64,000 nt of DNA from Planctomycetota bacterium (GTDB lineage Bacteria; Planctomycetota; SZUA-567; H5-PLA8), in NCBI GenBank assembly GCA_045863855.1, contig BTVV01000016.1, positions 16,123 through 80,122 of the forward strand. The letters run 5' to 3'. The translations under genes were made by a program, and so were the position numbers. Of the stretch, positions 55,740-64,000 are shown piece by piece. Numbering within the stretch: position 1 is the stretch's first letter; the number at the start of each line of letters is the position of its first letter. The notes beneath the pieces were generated by a model. The model saw only the letters and a list, made by a program, of their open reading frames with translations, was not told where the DNA came from and searched no databases.

Positions 55740-57161
55740 TCAGCGCCGATTCTTCTTCTTGCGTTCCTTCTCGAGCTTGCGGCGCTTCTTGATCTCTTTG
55801 CGCTGTTCGGTGGTGAGGACGCGGCCGGGGCGCTGCGCGCCGGCCGGGCCGGGCATCATGCGGTCGACGAACTTCTGGGCCTTGCCCAGCGAACTGAGCT
55901 GCTTGGTCACGTCCTCGAACTGTTTAAGGAGGCGTGAGACGTCGTTGACGCTTACTCCCGACCCGCGCGCGATGCGCTGCTTGCGGCTGGCGCCGATGAT
56001 CGACGGGTTGCGACGTTCTTCGGGCGTCATGGAGCAGATCACGGCTTCGACCTGGCCAATGTGATCGTCGCTGGCGTCGAGATCCTTGAGCCCGGCCATG
56101 CCGGGGACCATGCCGAGCAGATCCTTGATCGAGCCCATCTTTTTGACCGCACGGAGCTGGGTGAGGAAGTCCTCCAGCGTAAGGCGGTCCTTGAGCATCT
56201 TGTCCTGGAACTTCTGGGCCTGATCCTGGTCGATGACCTGCTGGGCCTTCTCGACGAGGCTGACGACGTCGCCCATGCCCAGGATGCGCGTGGCCATGCG
56301 CTCGGGATGAAATTCTTCGAGGCGGTCGAGCTTTTCGCCGACGCCGACGAACTTGATCGGCTTGCCGGTGACGTGCTTGACGGAGAGCGCCGCGCCGCCA
56401 CGCGCGTCGCCGTCGAGCTTAGTGAGGATCACGCCGGAGATGGGCAGCCGCGCGTCGAACTCCTTGGCGCTCTGCACGGCGTCCTGCCCGACCATGGCGT
56501 CGACGACGAGCAGGATTTCGTGCGGCTGCGTGCGCTGCTGGACGGTCTCCAGCTCTTTCATCAAGTCGTCGTCGATATGCAAGCGGCCGGCGGTGTCGAG
56601 GAGCACAATGTCGCGGCCCGTCTGTTTGGCGTGCGCTACGGCATGAACGCAGACGTCCGGCGGCGAGACGCCGGATTCGCTGAAGACGGGGACGTCGAGG
56701 TCCTCGCCGAGCACCTTAAGCTGGGCGACGGCTGCGGGGCGTTGCAAGTCGGCGGCGACCAGCAGGGGCTTGCGGCCTTTGGCTTTCAGTCGATTGGCGA
56801 GCTTGGCGGTGGTGGTGGTTTTGCCCGAGCCCTGCAAGCCGCACATCATGATGATCGTGGGACCCTGATTCTGCAGGACGAGTTGCGCTTCGCCGCCGCC
56901 CATCAGGTCGATCAATTCGTCGTGAACGATTTTTACGAGCTGCTCTTGGGGCTGGACGGATTCGAGGACGGCTTGGCCGACGGCTTTCTCGCCCACCTTA
57001 TCCATAAAGGTTTTAACGACGGGCAACGCGACATCGGCTTCCAAGAGCGCCATGCGAACGGTGCGCAGGCCCTCCTTTACATCCGTCTCGGTGATCTTGC
57101 GTCCCTTGGCGCCGATCTTGGAGAAAAAGGTGCCTAGGGATTCGGTCAGTGTCTCAAACAT
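55740..57161 (-). CDS. ffh: Signal recognition particle protein
   Basis: ALLEADV, GLQGSGKTTT, DTAGRL, TKLDGDARGG, RILGMGD, SMTPEER..P, RIARGSG. Confidence 0.98.
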   Translation of the reverse strand: MFETLTESLGTFFSKIGAKGRKITETDVKEGLRTVRMALLEADVALPVVKTFMDKVGEKAVGQAVLESVQPQEQLVKIVHDELIDLMGGGEAQLVLQNQGPTIIMMCGLQGSGKTTTTAKLANRLKAKGRKPLLVAADLQRPAAVAQLKVLGEDLDVPVFSESGVSPPDVCVHAVAHAKQTGRDIVLLDTAGRLHIDDDLMKELETVQQRTQPHEILLVVDAMVGQDAVQSAKEFDARLPISGVILTKLDGDARGGAALSVKHVTGKPIKFVGVGEKLDRLEEFHPERMATRILGMGDVVSLVEKAQQVIDQDQAQKFQDKMLKDRLTLEDFLTQLRAVKKMGSIKDLLGMVPGMAGLKDLDASDDHIGQVEAVICSMTPEERRNPSIIGASRKQRIARGSGVSVNDVSRLLKQFEDVTKQLSSLGKAQKFVDRMMPGPAGAQRPGRVLTTEQRKEIKKRRKLEKERKKKNRR

Positions 57162-57585
57162 GCAACCTCTGCTCTTTCGAGGAGCGATTTCCAGTCCGCA
57201 AAGATGCTCCGGAAAGATTCGAGATTCCATACGCTGAGGAAAATGTCAAGTCGCCGTGAGTTGGAGATAGGAGAATCCTGGGGGGCGAAAGAGCATTAAG
57301 GTGGGGCCTGAATGGGTGGGCAAGCAATGACACGAGGTGCGTTATTTGAGCCGTAAAGATTCCCAAGGGAAGGTCTGAGTGGCTTATAAAATCTTAAGTA
57401 GAGGCGTATAAATAACTAAAATAACACCCTAAAAAAATCCTCTTGGTAGGTTCGGATTCATTGGAATTGGGCTCTGATTTCTCATGTGCGTAACGTCAGA
57501 AAGTATTGAGAGCATTTTTCTTACAAGGAAATCGAGGGTTGGGCCGGCTTGCGAAAAGTCGGTTCGGGTTGGTTGCAGTTGATGC

Positions 57586-57613
57586 TTGACCGAATGTGAA
57601 AAATGCATAGAGT
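57586..57613 (+). promoter_or_regulatory. Candidate promoter of the secretin pair
   Basis: TTGACC-16 nt-TAGAGT, downstream of an AT-rich tract. Confidence 0.45.
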
Positions 57614-57845
57614 TGGACTTTTGCAAAATCTAGACACGTGCAGGATCTGGCCCTTAGGGGTGATGCGGACGGCGTAAGCCTGCGTCCGGTGTTGGATTTC
57701 CGCAGGGGTCCGCTAGGGGTGCGGTAGAGCCACGCTGTGGCCGCTCGTTGAGCCGGCTGGTGCTTGGTTACCGTGGGGACGGATGTTAAGGCGGGCTGCT
57801 CGAATGCCGACCGAAGCACACGCAGAAGAAAGGACGTCCCGGCCG

Positions 57846-60800
57846 ATGAGTCGATCCTTGACCTTCGCGGCATGGGTGCTCCTGGTGGGATCCGTAAGCC
57901 TTATGGGCTGCGGTGACCGCAAGGGCGACCTGGGTGCCGTGCACACCGACGCGTCAACGGTGGCCTACCCGGAGGAGACGGCGGCGCCTGCTGAAGTAGC
58001 GGCGGCTTCGTCGTCCGATACGGGTGCGGTCGCACCGGTGGAAGCTCAGCCGAGCGCCGTGGCGATGCAGGCCGAACCTGCTTCGTCGAGCGCTGCTCCG
58101 GCGGGCGAGACCGTGGCGCTGCCGGCCGAGACTTCGTCCAAGCCCGTGGGCGTGACGGCTCCGGTGGGCGTGACGGCTCCGGTGGGCGAGACGGCGGCTC
58201 AGCCCGGAACCGAGGCGGCTGCGGTCGAAACTGCCGGCCAGCCCGCGACGGAAGTGGCGCTTGCGCCTGCCGCTCCGGTTGGAGCGCCGGTGGCGGGTCC
58301 TGAAGACGAGAAGACGCCTGCGCCTGCTCCCGAGCCGACGCCCGCGCCCGCGCCTGGCCAGGAAACGCTGGAAGACCGCGCCACGCGGTTGCTGGAAGAC
58401 GCCAAGAAGACGCGCACGCTGGACCAGCAGGCCGAATTGGTGCAGGCCGACAAACTGATCGAGGCGGGCAAGAAGCTTTTCGACGACCTGTACTACGAGA
58501 AGTCGCTGGAGTACTTCGAAAAGGCCGTGGCCTTGGATCCGACCAACCGCAAGGCACAGGAACTGCTTGCGCAGAACCGCGCGCTGTTGGGCTTCCATAA
58601 GGATCGGCTTGGCCAGAAGCTGCGCGATTTGGAAAACGTAGAGCGGGTCAAGATTCAGGCTTCGCTGGTGGCGCTGGCCAATGCCTTCGAAGAAGCGCGG
58701 AAGTACGAAGAGAAGGGCAGCCAGATTCCGCTGGAACTGGAAGGTTCCGACGAAGAAGACATCCTCGCCACGCAGCTCGAACAGTTGCGCCAGGCGCAGG
58801 ACCGCTATCGCCGCGTGAAGGAAATCGTGAACTGGATGCCGCCGCCGGTGGATTTGCCTGAGATGCGCCGCCAGGTGGACGAGGCGTTGTTGCGCGTGCG
58901 CCAGAAGTTGGCGGACAAAGATGACGAGATCAGCTTCTTGCGCCGCAAGCGCGCGCTGGAACTGGCCGAGCAGACGCGGATGCGCGAGACGGAGTTGTTC
59001 AAGGCGCGCATTCAGAAGCTGATGGATCAGGTCGGCGATTTGTATACGAAGGGCGAATACACGGCGGCCGAACGACTGGCCGGTCGCATCCTGCAGCTCG
59101 ATCCGTTCAATTCGGACGCCGAAGGCTGGCGGCGCAAGGCGCGGGCTTCGCACCTGCGCGTAGACGCGGAGGACATCGGTATTCAAGCCAAGGAGCACCA
59201 CATGCGCTCCTGGGAAGATGTCGAAGCGGCGAACATTCCGTACGGCGATCTGCTTACGTATCCGCCGAACTGGGACGAGATTGCGCGCCGGCCCGACCGC
59301 ATGGCCATCGGCAAGACGAAGGTGGACGAACAGTGGAAGCAGGACATCAAGAAGAAGTTGCAGCGCAAGGTCAGCTTCGAATTCGTGGACACGCCGTTGG
59401 ACGAAGCGATTACCTTCCTGCGCAGCTTGACGAACGTGACGATGATTGTCGACCCCAAGGTGCTCGAAGGCGGGGCGGCTCCGATCAATCTGCGCGTGAC
59501 GGACATGACGCTGGAGCTGGCCTTGGAGTGGATTCTGCGGCTGGCCGAGCTGGATTACGCCCTAAAGGATAACGCGGTTTTCATCAGCAAGCGGACGTCG
59601 CTGGTGGAGGATGTCGAACTGCGTATCTACGACGTGAGCGACTTGACGCAGACGGTGCCGGATTTCCCGGGACCGGATTTCCAGCTCGTGACGGTCGGCG
59701 ACGATCCTTCGGGCGGCGGCGGTGGCGGTCCGATCAATCCGTTCATGGCGCCGACGGCCACGGCGGCTCTGACGCCGCAGACGATCGCGGACATGATCCG
59801 CAACCGCGTGCAGCCCGATAGCTGGGACCCGAACCAGGGTACGAGCATCGAAGAGCGCGCGGGCAAGCTGGTGGTGATGCAGCGCCCCGAAATTCATGCG
59901 CTGGTTAACCACCTTCTTTCCAACTTCCGCACGACGGCGCGGCTGATGGTGAACATCGAAAGCCGCTTCCTGAGCATCCGCGAGGCGTACCTGGAAGACA
60001 TCGGCGTGGAATTCCAGGGCTTGGATCCGAACGTGCTGTTCGGCGACTTCGGCGACGTTTCGCGCGTGCTCTCTCCGACGCCCGGCGACCCGCTGGCGGT
60101 GCAGCCCCGCTTGCCCGGTAACGGCGACGGGACTCCGGTGAACGTTCCGTTCCCCGGCTTTACCAACGGTCCGGACAGCCTGTACTCGGGTTCGTTCAGC
60201 CAGGTGGGCGCGATCCTGAACCATACGCTGAACTTCTTCAGCAACGATCCGACGACGATTTCCGGCCGGGACGGCGCGAACCGCATCCGGCAGGGTGGTC
60301 TGTCGGCGCAGTTGACCATCCTTAATAACGCGCAGGTCCAGGCGTTCATCCGTGCGTTGGGCGTGCGCGAAAACAGCACGACGCTGGTGGCGCCGCGCCT
60401 GACGGTCTTCAATACGCAGCGCGCGCATATGTTCTTGGCGCGGCAGCAATCGTACATCGCCGACTATGAAATCAGCGGCGACAGCTACGACCCGATCATC
60501 CGGCAGTTCCTGGTCGGGGTGGTGCTGGACGTTCGCCCGACGGTGTCGAGCGACCGGCGCTACGTGACGCTGGAGCTTCGCCCGACGGTGACGGAACTGG
60601 CGAACTTCCAGACGCGGCAGATCGACAGCTTCACGGTGCAGCAGGGCGGTAACGTGATCATCCCGATCTTGCTGAGCTTCCCGGTGCAGTTCCCTGAACT
60701 TTCGATCCAGCGCGTGCGCACGACGGCGACGGTGCCGGACGGCGGCATCCTGCTGATCGGCGGTCTGTACCGCAACATCAAGTTCAACGCGGAGAACGGC

Positions 60801-60935
60801 GTGCCGTTCCTCAGCGATCTACCGGTGGTCGGCCGCCTGTTCCGCTGGAACGTGGTGGACAATGCGAAGACTAATTTGGCGATTCTGGTCAGCCCTCGCA
60901 TCATCCTCTTCAGCGAGGAAGAAGCGAAGCTGTAA
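57846..60935 (+). CDS. Secretin-family protein 1 (GspD/PilQ-like; predicted lipoprotein with a TPR/coiled-coil N-terminal extension)
   Basis: Lipobox LMG|C; STN/N0-like VSFEFVDTPLDEAI; N3-like GKLVVMQRPE; secretin motifs APRLTVFNTQRA, GVVLDVRPTVS, TTATVPDGG, VPFLSDLPVVGRLF, ILVSPRII. Confidence 0.9.
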   Translation: MSRSLTFAAWVLLVGSVSLMGCGDRKGDLGAVHTDASTVAYPEETAAPAEVAAASSSDTGAVAPVEAQPSAVAMQAEPASSSAAPAGETVALPAETSSKPVGVTAPVGVTAPVGETAAQPGTEAAAVETAGQPATEVALAPAAPVGAPVAGPEDEKTPAPAPEPTPAPAPGQETLEDRATRLLEDAKKTRTLDQQAELVQADKLIEAGKKLFDDLYYEKSLEYFEKAVALDPTNRKAQELLAQNRALLGFHKDRLGQKLRDLENVERVKIQASLVALANAFEEARKYEEKGSQIPLELEGSDEEDILATQLEQLRQAQDRYRRVKEIVNWMPPPVDLPEMRRQVDEALLRVRQKLADKDDEISFLRRKRALELAEQTRMRETELFKARIQKLMDQVGDLYTKGEYTAAERLAGRILQLDPFNSDAEGWRRKARASHLRVDAEDIGIQAKEHHMRSWEDVEAANIPYGDLLTYPPNWDEIARRPDRMAIGKTKVDEQWKQDIKKKLQRKVSFEFVDTPLDEAITFLRSLTNVTMIVDPKVLEGGAAPINLRVTDMTLELALEWILRLAELDYALKDNAVFISKRTSLVEDVELRIYDVSDLTQTVPDFPGPDFQLVTVGDDPSGGGGGGPINPFMAPTATAALTPQTIADMIRNRVQPDSWDPNQGTSIEERAGKLVVMQRPEIHALVNHLLSNFRTTARLMVNIESRFLSIREAYLEDIGVEFQGLDPNVLFGDFGDVSRVLSPTPGDPLAVQPRLPGNGDGTPVNVPFPGFTNGPDSLYSGSFSQVGAILNHTLNFFSNDPTTISGRDGANRIRQGGLSAQLTILNNAQVQAFIRALGVRENSTTLVAPRLTVFNTQRAHMFLARQQSYIADYEISGDSYDPIIRQFLVGVVLDVRPTVSSDRRYVTLELRPTVTELANFQTRQIDSFTVQQGGNVIIPILLSFPVQFPELSIQRVRTTATVPDGGILLIGGLYRNIKFNAENGVPFLSDLPVVGRLFRWNVVDNAKTNLAILVSPRIILFSEEEAKL
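58143..58196 (+). repeat. In-frame 18-bp tandem repeat, three copies (PVGVTA-PVGVTA-PVGETA)
   Basis: CCCGTGGGCGTGACGGCT / CCGGTGGGCGTGACGGCT / CCGGTGGGCGAGACGGCG. Confidence 0.9.
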
Positions 60936-61005
60936 ATGCCGGTCCGGAACGGTCCGGCGGGCAGTGGATGAGCTTGGGACGTAATTGAAAGAGGGTACAG
61001 CCACC

Positions 61006-63834
61006 ATGCATAGCGGTGTGACCCAGTGGATCCGAGCGGGAGTCGTAGCGGGCGCCTTGGCCGTAGGCTGGGGCTGGACCGCAGGCGCCCAGGCCCAGGA
61101 AACGGCTCCCGAGCCGGCTCCAGCCCCGGCCCCGACAACGGGCTTGGAAGGACAGCTCGATCAGGCCGAAGCGGCTCAGAAGCGGCTGCGCGAGGAAATC
61201 CAGACGCAGGCCGAGTCGCATTTCCAGGCCGGTAAGCGGCTGTACGAGAACTTCGAATACGACGGCGCGCGCGCCGAGTTGGAGCGGGCGGTTTCTTTGG
61301 ACCGCGGCCATGCGGACGCCAAGAAGCTGCTGATCCAGGTCAACGACGTGCTGGGCCATCGCCAGGACCGGGTGCGCTCGGCGGTCGAACGGCTGCACGG
61401 CGCGAGCAAGATCGCGATTCAGGAGCGCTTGGTCGAACTGGACAACCAGATCGACTGGGGCAACCGTTTCGTGCGGCAGGCGACGGACGACGTGGAACTG
61501 ACCACAGCCGACCGGATTCGCCGGCTGGAGCAGGCGTTACAGGCGTACGAGCGCGCGCGCGAGCTGGTGAAGTGGATGCCGCCGGACGTAGACGTCGAAG
61601 AACAGCACAACCTGGTGGTGCGCCAAATTCGCGAGTCGCGCCGCTCGATCGAAGAGTTGAAGGTTCAGCTCCACGAGCAGGACCGTGAAGTTTCGGCCCG
61701 TTTGGCCGAAGCGCGCAAGGCGGAAGAACGCCGGCTGCAGCAGCGCAAGGTGGACGTAATGCTGGACCAGGCTCGCGCGCTCTTCGAACGCGGCGAATAC
61801 GCCAAGGCCGAAGGGATGGCGTCGAAGATCCTGGAGACCGATCCGACGAACGCCGAAGCGCATGCGATCGAAGCGACCGCGCGCGACCGCAAGCACATCA
61901 AGCGCCGCACGTGGATCGAAGAAGAGCAAACGCACCAGTTCGCGCTGCAGCAGAACCGCGTGGACCGGATGATGATTCCGCATTCGGATTACCTGATTTA
62001 TCCGGAGAACTGGGCCGAGATCGCGCAGCGGACTTCCGATTCGGGCAAAGCCCGCGCGGAAGAACCGTGGAAGGAAGAAGTGCGCAAGAAACTCGCGCGC
62101 CGGGTCAGTTTCGAATTCGTTGACACGCCGCTTGAAGAAGCGCTGGCCTTCCTTAATTCGCTGACGAAGGTCAACATCATCCTGGATCCGCGCGTCGCGG
62201 CCGAAAACGCGGGCAAGCTGCCGATCACGCTGCGCGTGGCGGACATGGACATGCAGACGGCGCTGAAGTGGATTCTGCGCTTGGCGGAGTTGGATTACGA
62301 CCTGCGTAACCAGGCCGTGTTCATCACCAAGAAGCAGAACCTTTCGGCGAACGTGGAGCTGGAGATTTACGACGTCCGCGACCTGACGACGACGGTTACG
62401 GACTTCCCCGGCCCGCGTATCGAGATGGGCGTGCAGGCACAGGGCGGCGCTCCGGTCAATCCGTTCGCTGGCCCCGCAGCCGCGACGACGACGCTCGGCG
62501 CGCCGGACCTGGCGCAGTTGATTCAGGAACGGCTGTTGGCGGCGGACTTCGCCGATCCGGCGACGTCCATCCAGGAGTCGGGCGGCAAGCTGGTAGTGAT
62601 GCAGCGCCCGGAGGTGCACGAGAAGATCCGGCAGTTGCTGCGGAGCTTCCGCGAGACGCAGACGGTCCAGGTGCTGACGCAGGTTCGTTTCATCGATGTG
62701 TCGGAAGGCTTCCTGGAAATGATCGGCGTGCACTTTACGGGCCTGGATGCGCCTCCCGGCGATCCGGGTATTCCGTTCGCGCGCGTCGATCCGCTGAATC
62801 AGCCTTCGAAGTACGGCCTGTTCCCGATCGGCGGCGGTCCGGGTCTTACGCCTCCGCTGCCGGGCGACGTGCTGCCTTCCCCGGCGTTCCAGTTCCAGGA
62901 TTCGGTGGATCCGGCGACGGGTCTGTTCCGCCCGCCGTTCCATTTCGACGTGGGTCCGCCTTCGAGCAATCCCGGTCCGCGCCAGCCGCTGTTGCTGCGC
63001 CCGCGCTTGGACAGCAACTTCCCGGTTCGCGGCAACGCGACCTTCGGTCCGGCCAACGCGCCGGCCGGTATCCGCCGCCAGTGGTACGAAAAGGCGTTCG
63101 GCTCGCCCACCTTGGTGCAGGGTATCATTCAGAACTTCGTAAACACGCTGGGCGGGGCCGGTCCGCTGGGCGCTGCACTGACGGCTCAGCCGTTCGGCAA
63201 CCAGGGTGCGATCTTCCAATTCCGGTTCTTCCATAGTTTCCAGGCCAGCGCGGTGGTTCACGCGTTGCGCAAGGATCAGAATGCCGACCAGTTGCTCGCG
63301 CCGAAGCTGATGCAGTTCAACAATCAGCGCGCGCATATCATGGTCGCGCAACAGCGCAGCTACATTGCCGACTACGACGTATCGGGCGCGGTCTTCGACC
63401 CGGTCATCCGCGCGTTCCTGATCGGCGTGGTGCTGGATGTGAAGCCGACGGTGAGCCACGACCGCAAGTACATCACGCTGGACGTGCGGCCGGGGACGGC
63501 GGTGGAGTTGACGCCTCCGCAGATCCTGTTTATCAGCAACGGGCTGGACGTGAACAACCCGCTGGGCAACATCAACCTGCCCATCGAGTTGCCGAACATC
63601 GAACTGCGCAGCATCAATACAACGGTTACGGTGCCGGACAACGGTACGCTGCTCTTCAGCGGTCTGATCAACGACCGCAAGATCGACAGCAAGTCGGGGA
63701 TTCCGTTCCTTTCCGATCTGCCGATCGTGGGGCGGCTCTTCTCGAACAACCTGAAGCATCGCGAACGGCGCAATCTGCTCGTGCTGGTCAATGCACGGGT
63801 GGTGCTGTTCGACGAAGAGGAAGAAAAGCTATAA
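61006..63834 (+). CDS. Secretin-family protein 2 (tandem paralog; Sec/SPI signal peptide)
   Basis: Signal ending AQA|QE; VSFEFVDTPLEEAL, GKLVVMQRPE, APKLMQFNNQRA, GVVLDVKPTVS, TTVTVPDNG, IPFLSDLPIVGRLF. Confidence 0.9.
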   Translation: MHSGVTQWIRAGVVAGALAVGWGWTAGAQAQETAPEPAPAPAPTTGLEGQLDQAEAAQKRLREEIQTQAESHFQAGKRLYENFEYDGARAELERAVSLDRGHADAKKLLIQVNDVLGHRQDRVRSAVERLHGASKIAIQERLVELDNQIDWGNRFVRQATDDVELTTADRIRRLEQALQAYERARELVKWMPPDVDVEEQHNLVVRQIRESRRSIEELKVQLHEQDREVSARLAEARKAEERRLQQRKVDVMLDQARALFERGEYAKAEGMASKILETDPTNAEAHAIEATARDRKHIKRRTWIEEEQTHQFALQQNRVDRMMIPHSDYLIYPENWAEIAQRTSDSGKARAEEPWKEEVRKKLARRVSFEFVDTPLEEALAFLNSLTKVNIILDPRVAAENAGKLPITLRVADMDMQTALKWILRLAELDYDLRNQAVFITKKQNLSANVELEIYDVRDLTTTVTDFPGPRIEMGVQAQGGAPVNPFAGPAAATTTLGAPDLAQLIQERLLAADFADPATSIQESGGKLVVMQRPEVHEKIRQLLRSFRETQTVQVLTQVRFIDVSEGFLEMIGVHFTGLDAPPGDPGIPFARVDPLNQPSKYGLFPIGGGPGLTPPLPGDVLPSPAFQFQDSVDPATGLFRPPFHFDVGPPSSNPGPRQPLLLRPRLDSNFPVRGNATFGPANAPAGIRRQWYEKAFGSPTLVQGIIQNFVNTLGGAGPLGAALTAQPFGNQGAIFQFRFFHSFQASAVVHALRKDQNADQLLAPKLMQFNNQRAHIMVAQQRSYIADYDVSGAVFDPVIRAFLIGVVLDVKPTVSHDRKYITLDVRPGTAVELTPPQILFISNGLDVNNPLGNINLPIELPNIELRSINTTVTVPDNGTLLFSGLINDRKIDSKSGIPFLSDLPIVGRLFSNNLKHRERRNLLVLVNARVVLFDEEEEKL

Positions 63835-63857
63835 GCCGTTTCGGTATTGCCATTCTG

Positions 63858-63894
63858 ACCAAAGCCCGGGGCCAAACCCCGGGCTTTGGTGTTT
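63858..63894 (+). terminator. Rho-independent terminator-like hairpin after the secretin pair
   Basis: Perfect 14-bp stem ACCAAAGCCCGGGG / CCCCGGGCTTTGGT, 5-nt loop, followed by GTTT. Confidence 0.85.
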
Positions 63895-64000
63895 CTGAGG
63901 TTCAAGTTGGAATACTGGGGTAGTAGTTGATGTGTGTGTAACCCAATTTATAGATTAGCTTTGTATGGATACGGACAGGCCTGAGTACACGCATTTGCAG

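Noticed and set aside
57620..57845. c-di-GMP-I riboswitch upstream of the secretins
   Set aside because: GGTTACCG is present, but the GCAAA...GAAA...GACGCAAAGC core is not.
1..64000. CRISPR array, tRNA, rRNA, IS/transposase, integrase, reverse transcriptase, DGR or toxin-antitoxin genes
   Set aside because: I saw no regularly spaced repeats, cloverleaf structures or diagnostic protein motifs. A by-eye scan can miss weak signals.

Overview
GC-rich (roughly 65% by eye) bacterial chromosomal window. A Planctomycetota/PVC-like origin is inferred from the gene content (rpsP-trmD-rplS without rimM, a PmoA-like/DUF6807 gene, TMTC-like genes, long secretins); this is not a database result. About 50 CDS are supported. 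Housekeeping genes include aspS, tyrA, purL, purQ, icd, pepF, galE, rpsP, trmD, rplS and ffh, and there is an AraC-linked sugar-catabolism cluster. The cell-envelope loci are the unusual part. They are: (i) a ~1,900-aa membrane-anchored PDZ/lectin-like repeat protein divergent from four prepilin-like genes and a His-rich membrane protein; (ii) a lone RnfD/NqrB homolog that has lost its FMN-attachment Thr and two conserved acidic residues; (iii) a FYVE-like zinc finger / coiled-coil / tail-anchor protein; (iv) four adjacent GT-C-like membrane glycosyltransferases in two tandem pairs; (v) two tandem ~1,000-aa secretins, one a predicted lipoprotein. The best candidate for an undescribed system is a variant T2SS/T4P-like apparatus with a possibly heteromeric secretin and dedicated protein glycosylation. 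I found no rRNA, tRNA, CRISPR array, transposase, integrase or reverse transcriptase. All calls are by-eye motif recognition; start codons were adjusted by hand and no searches were run.
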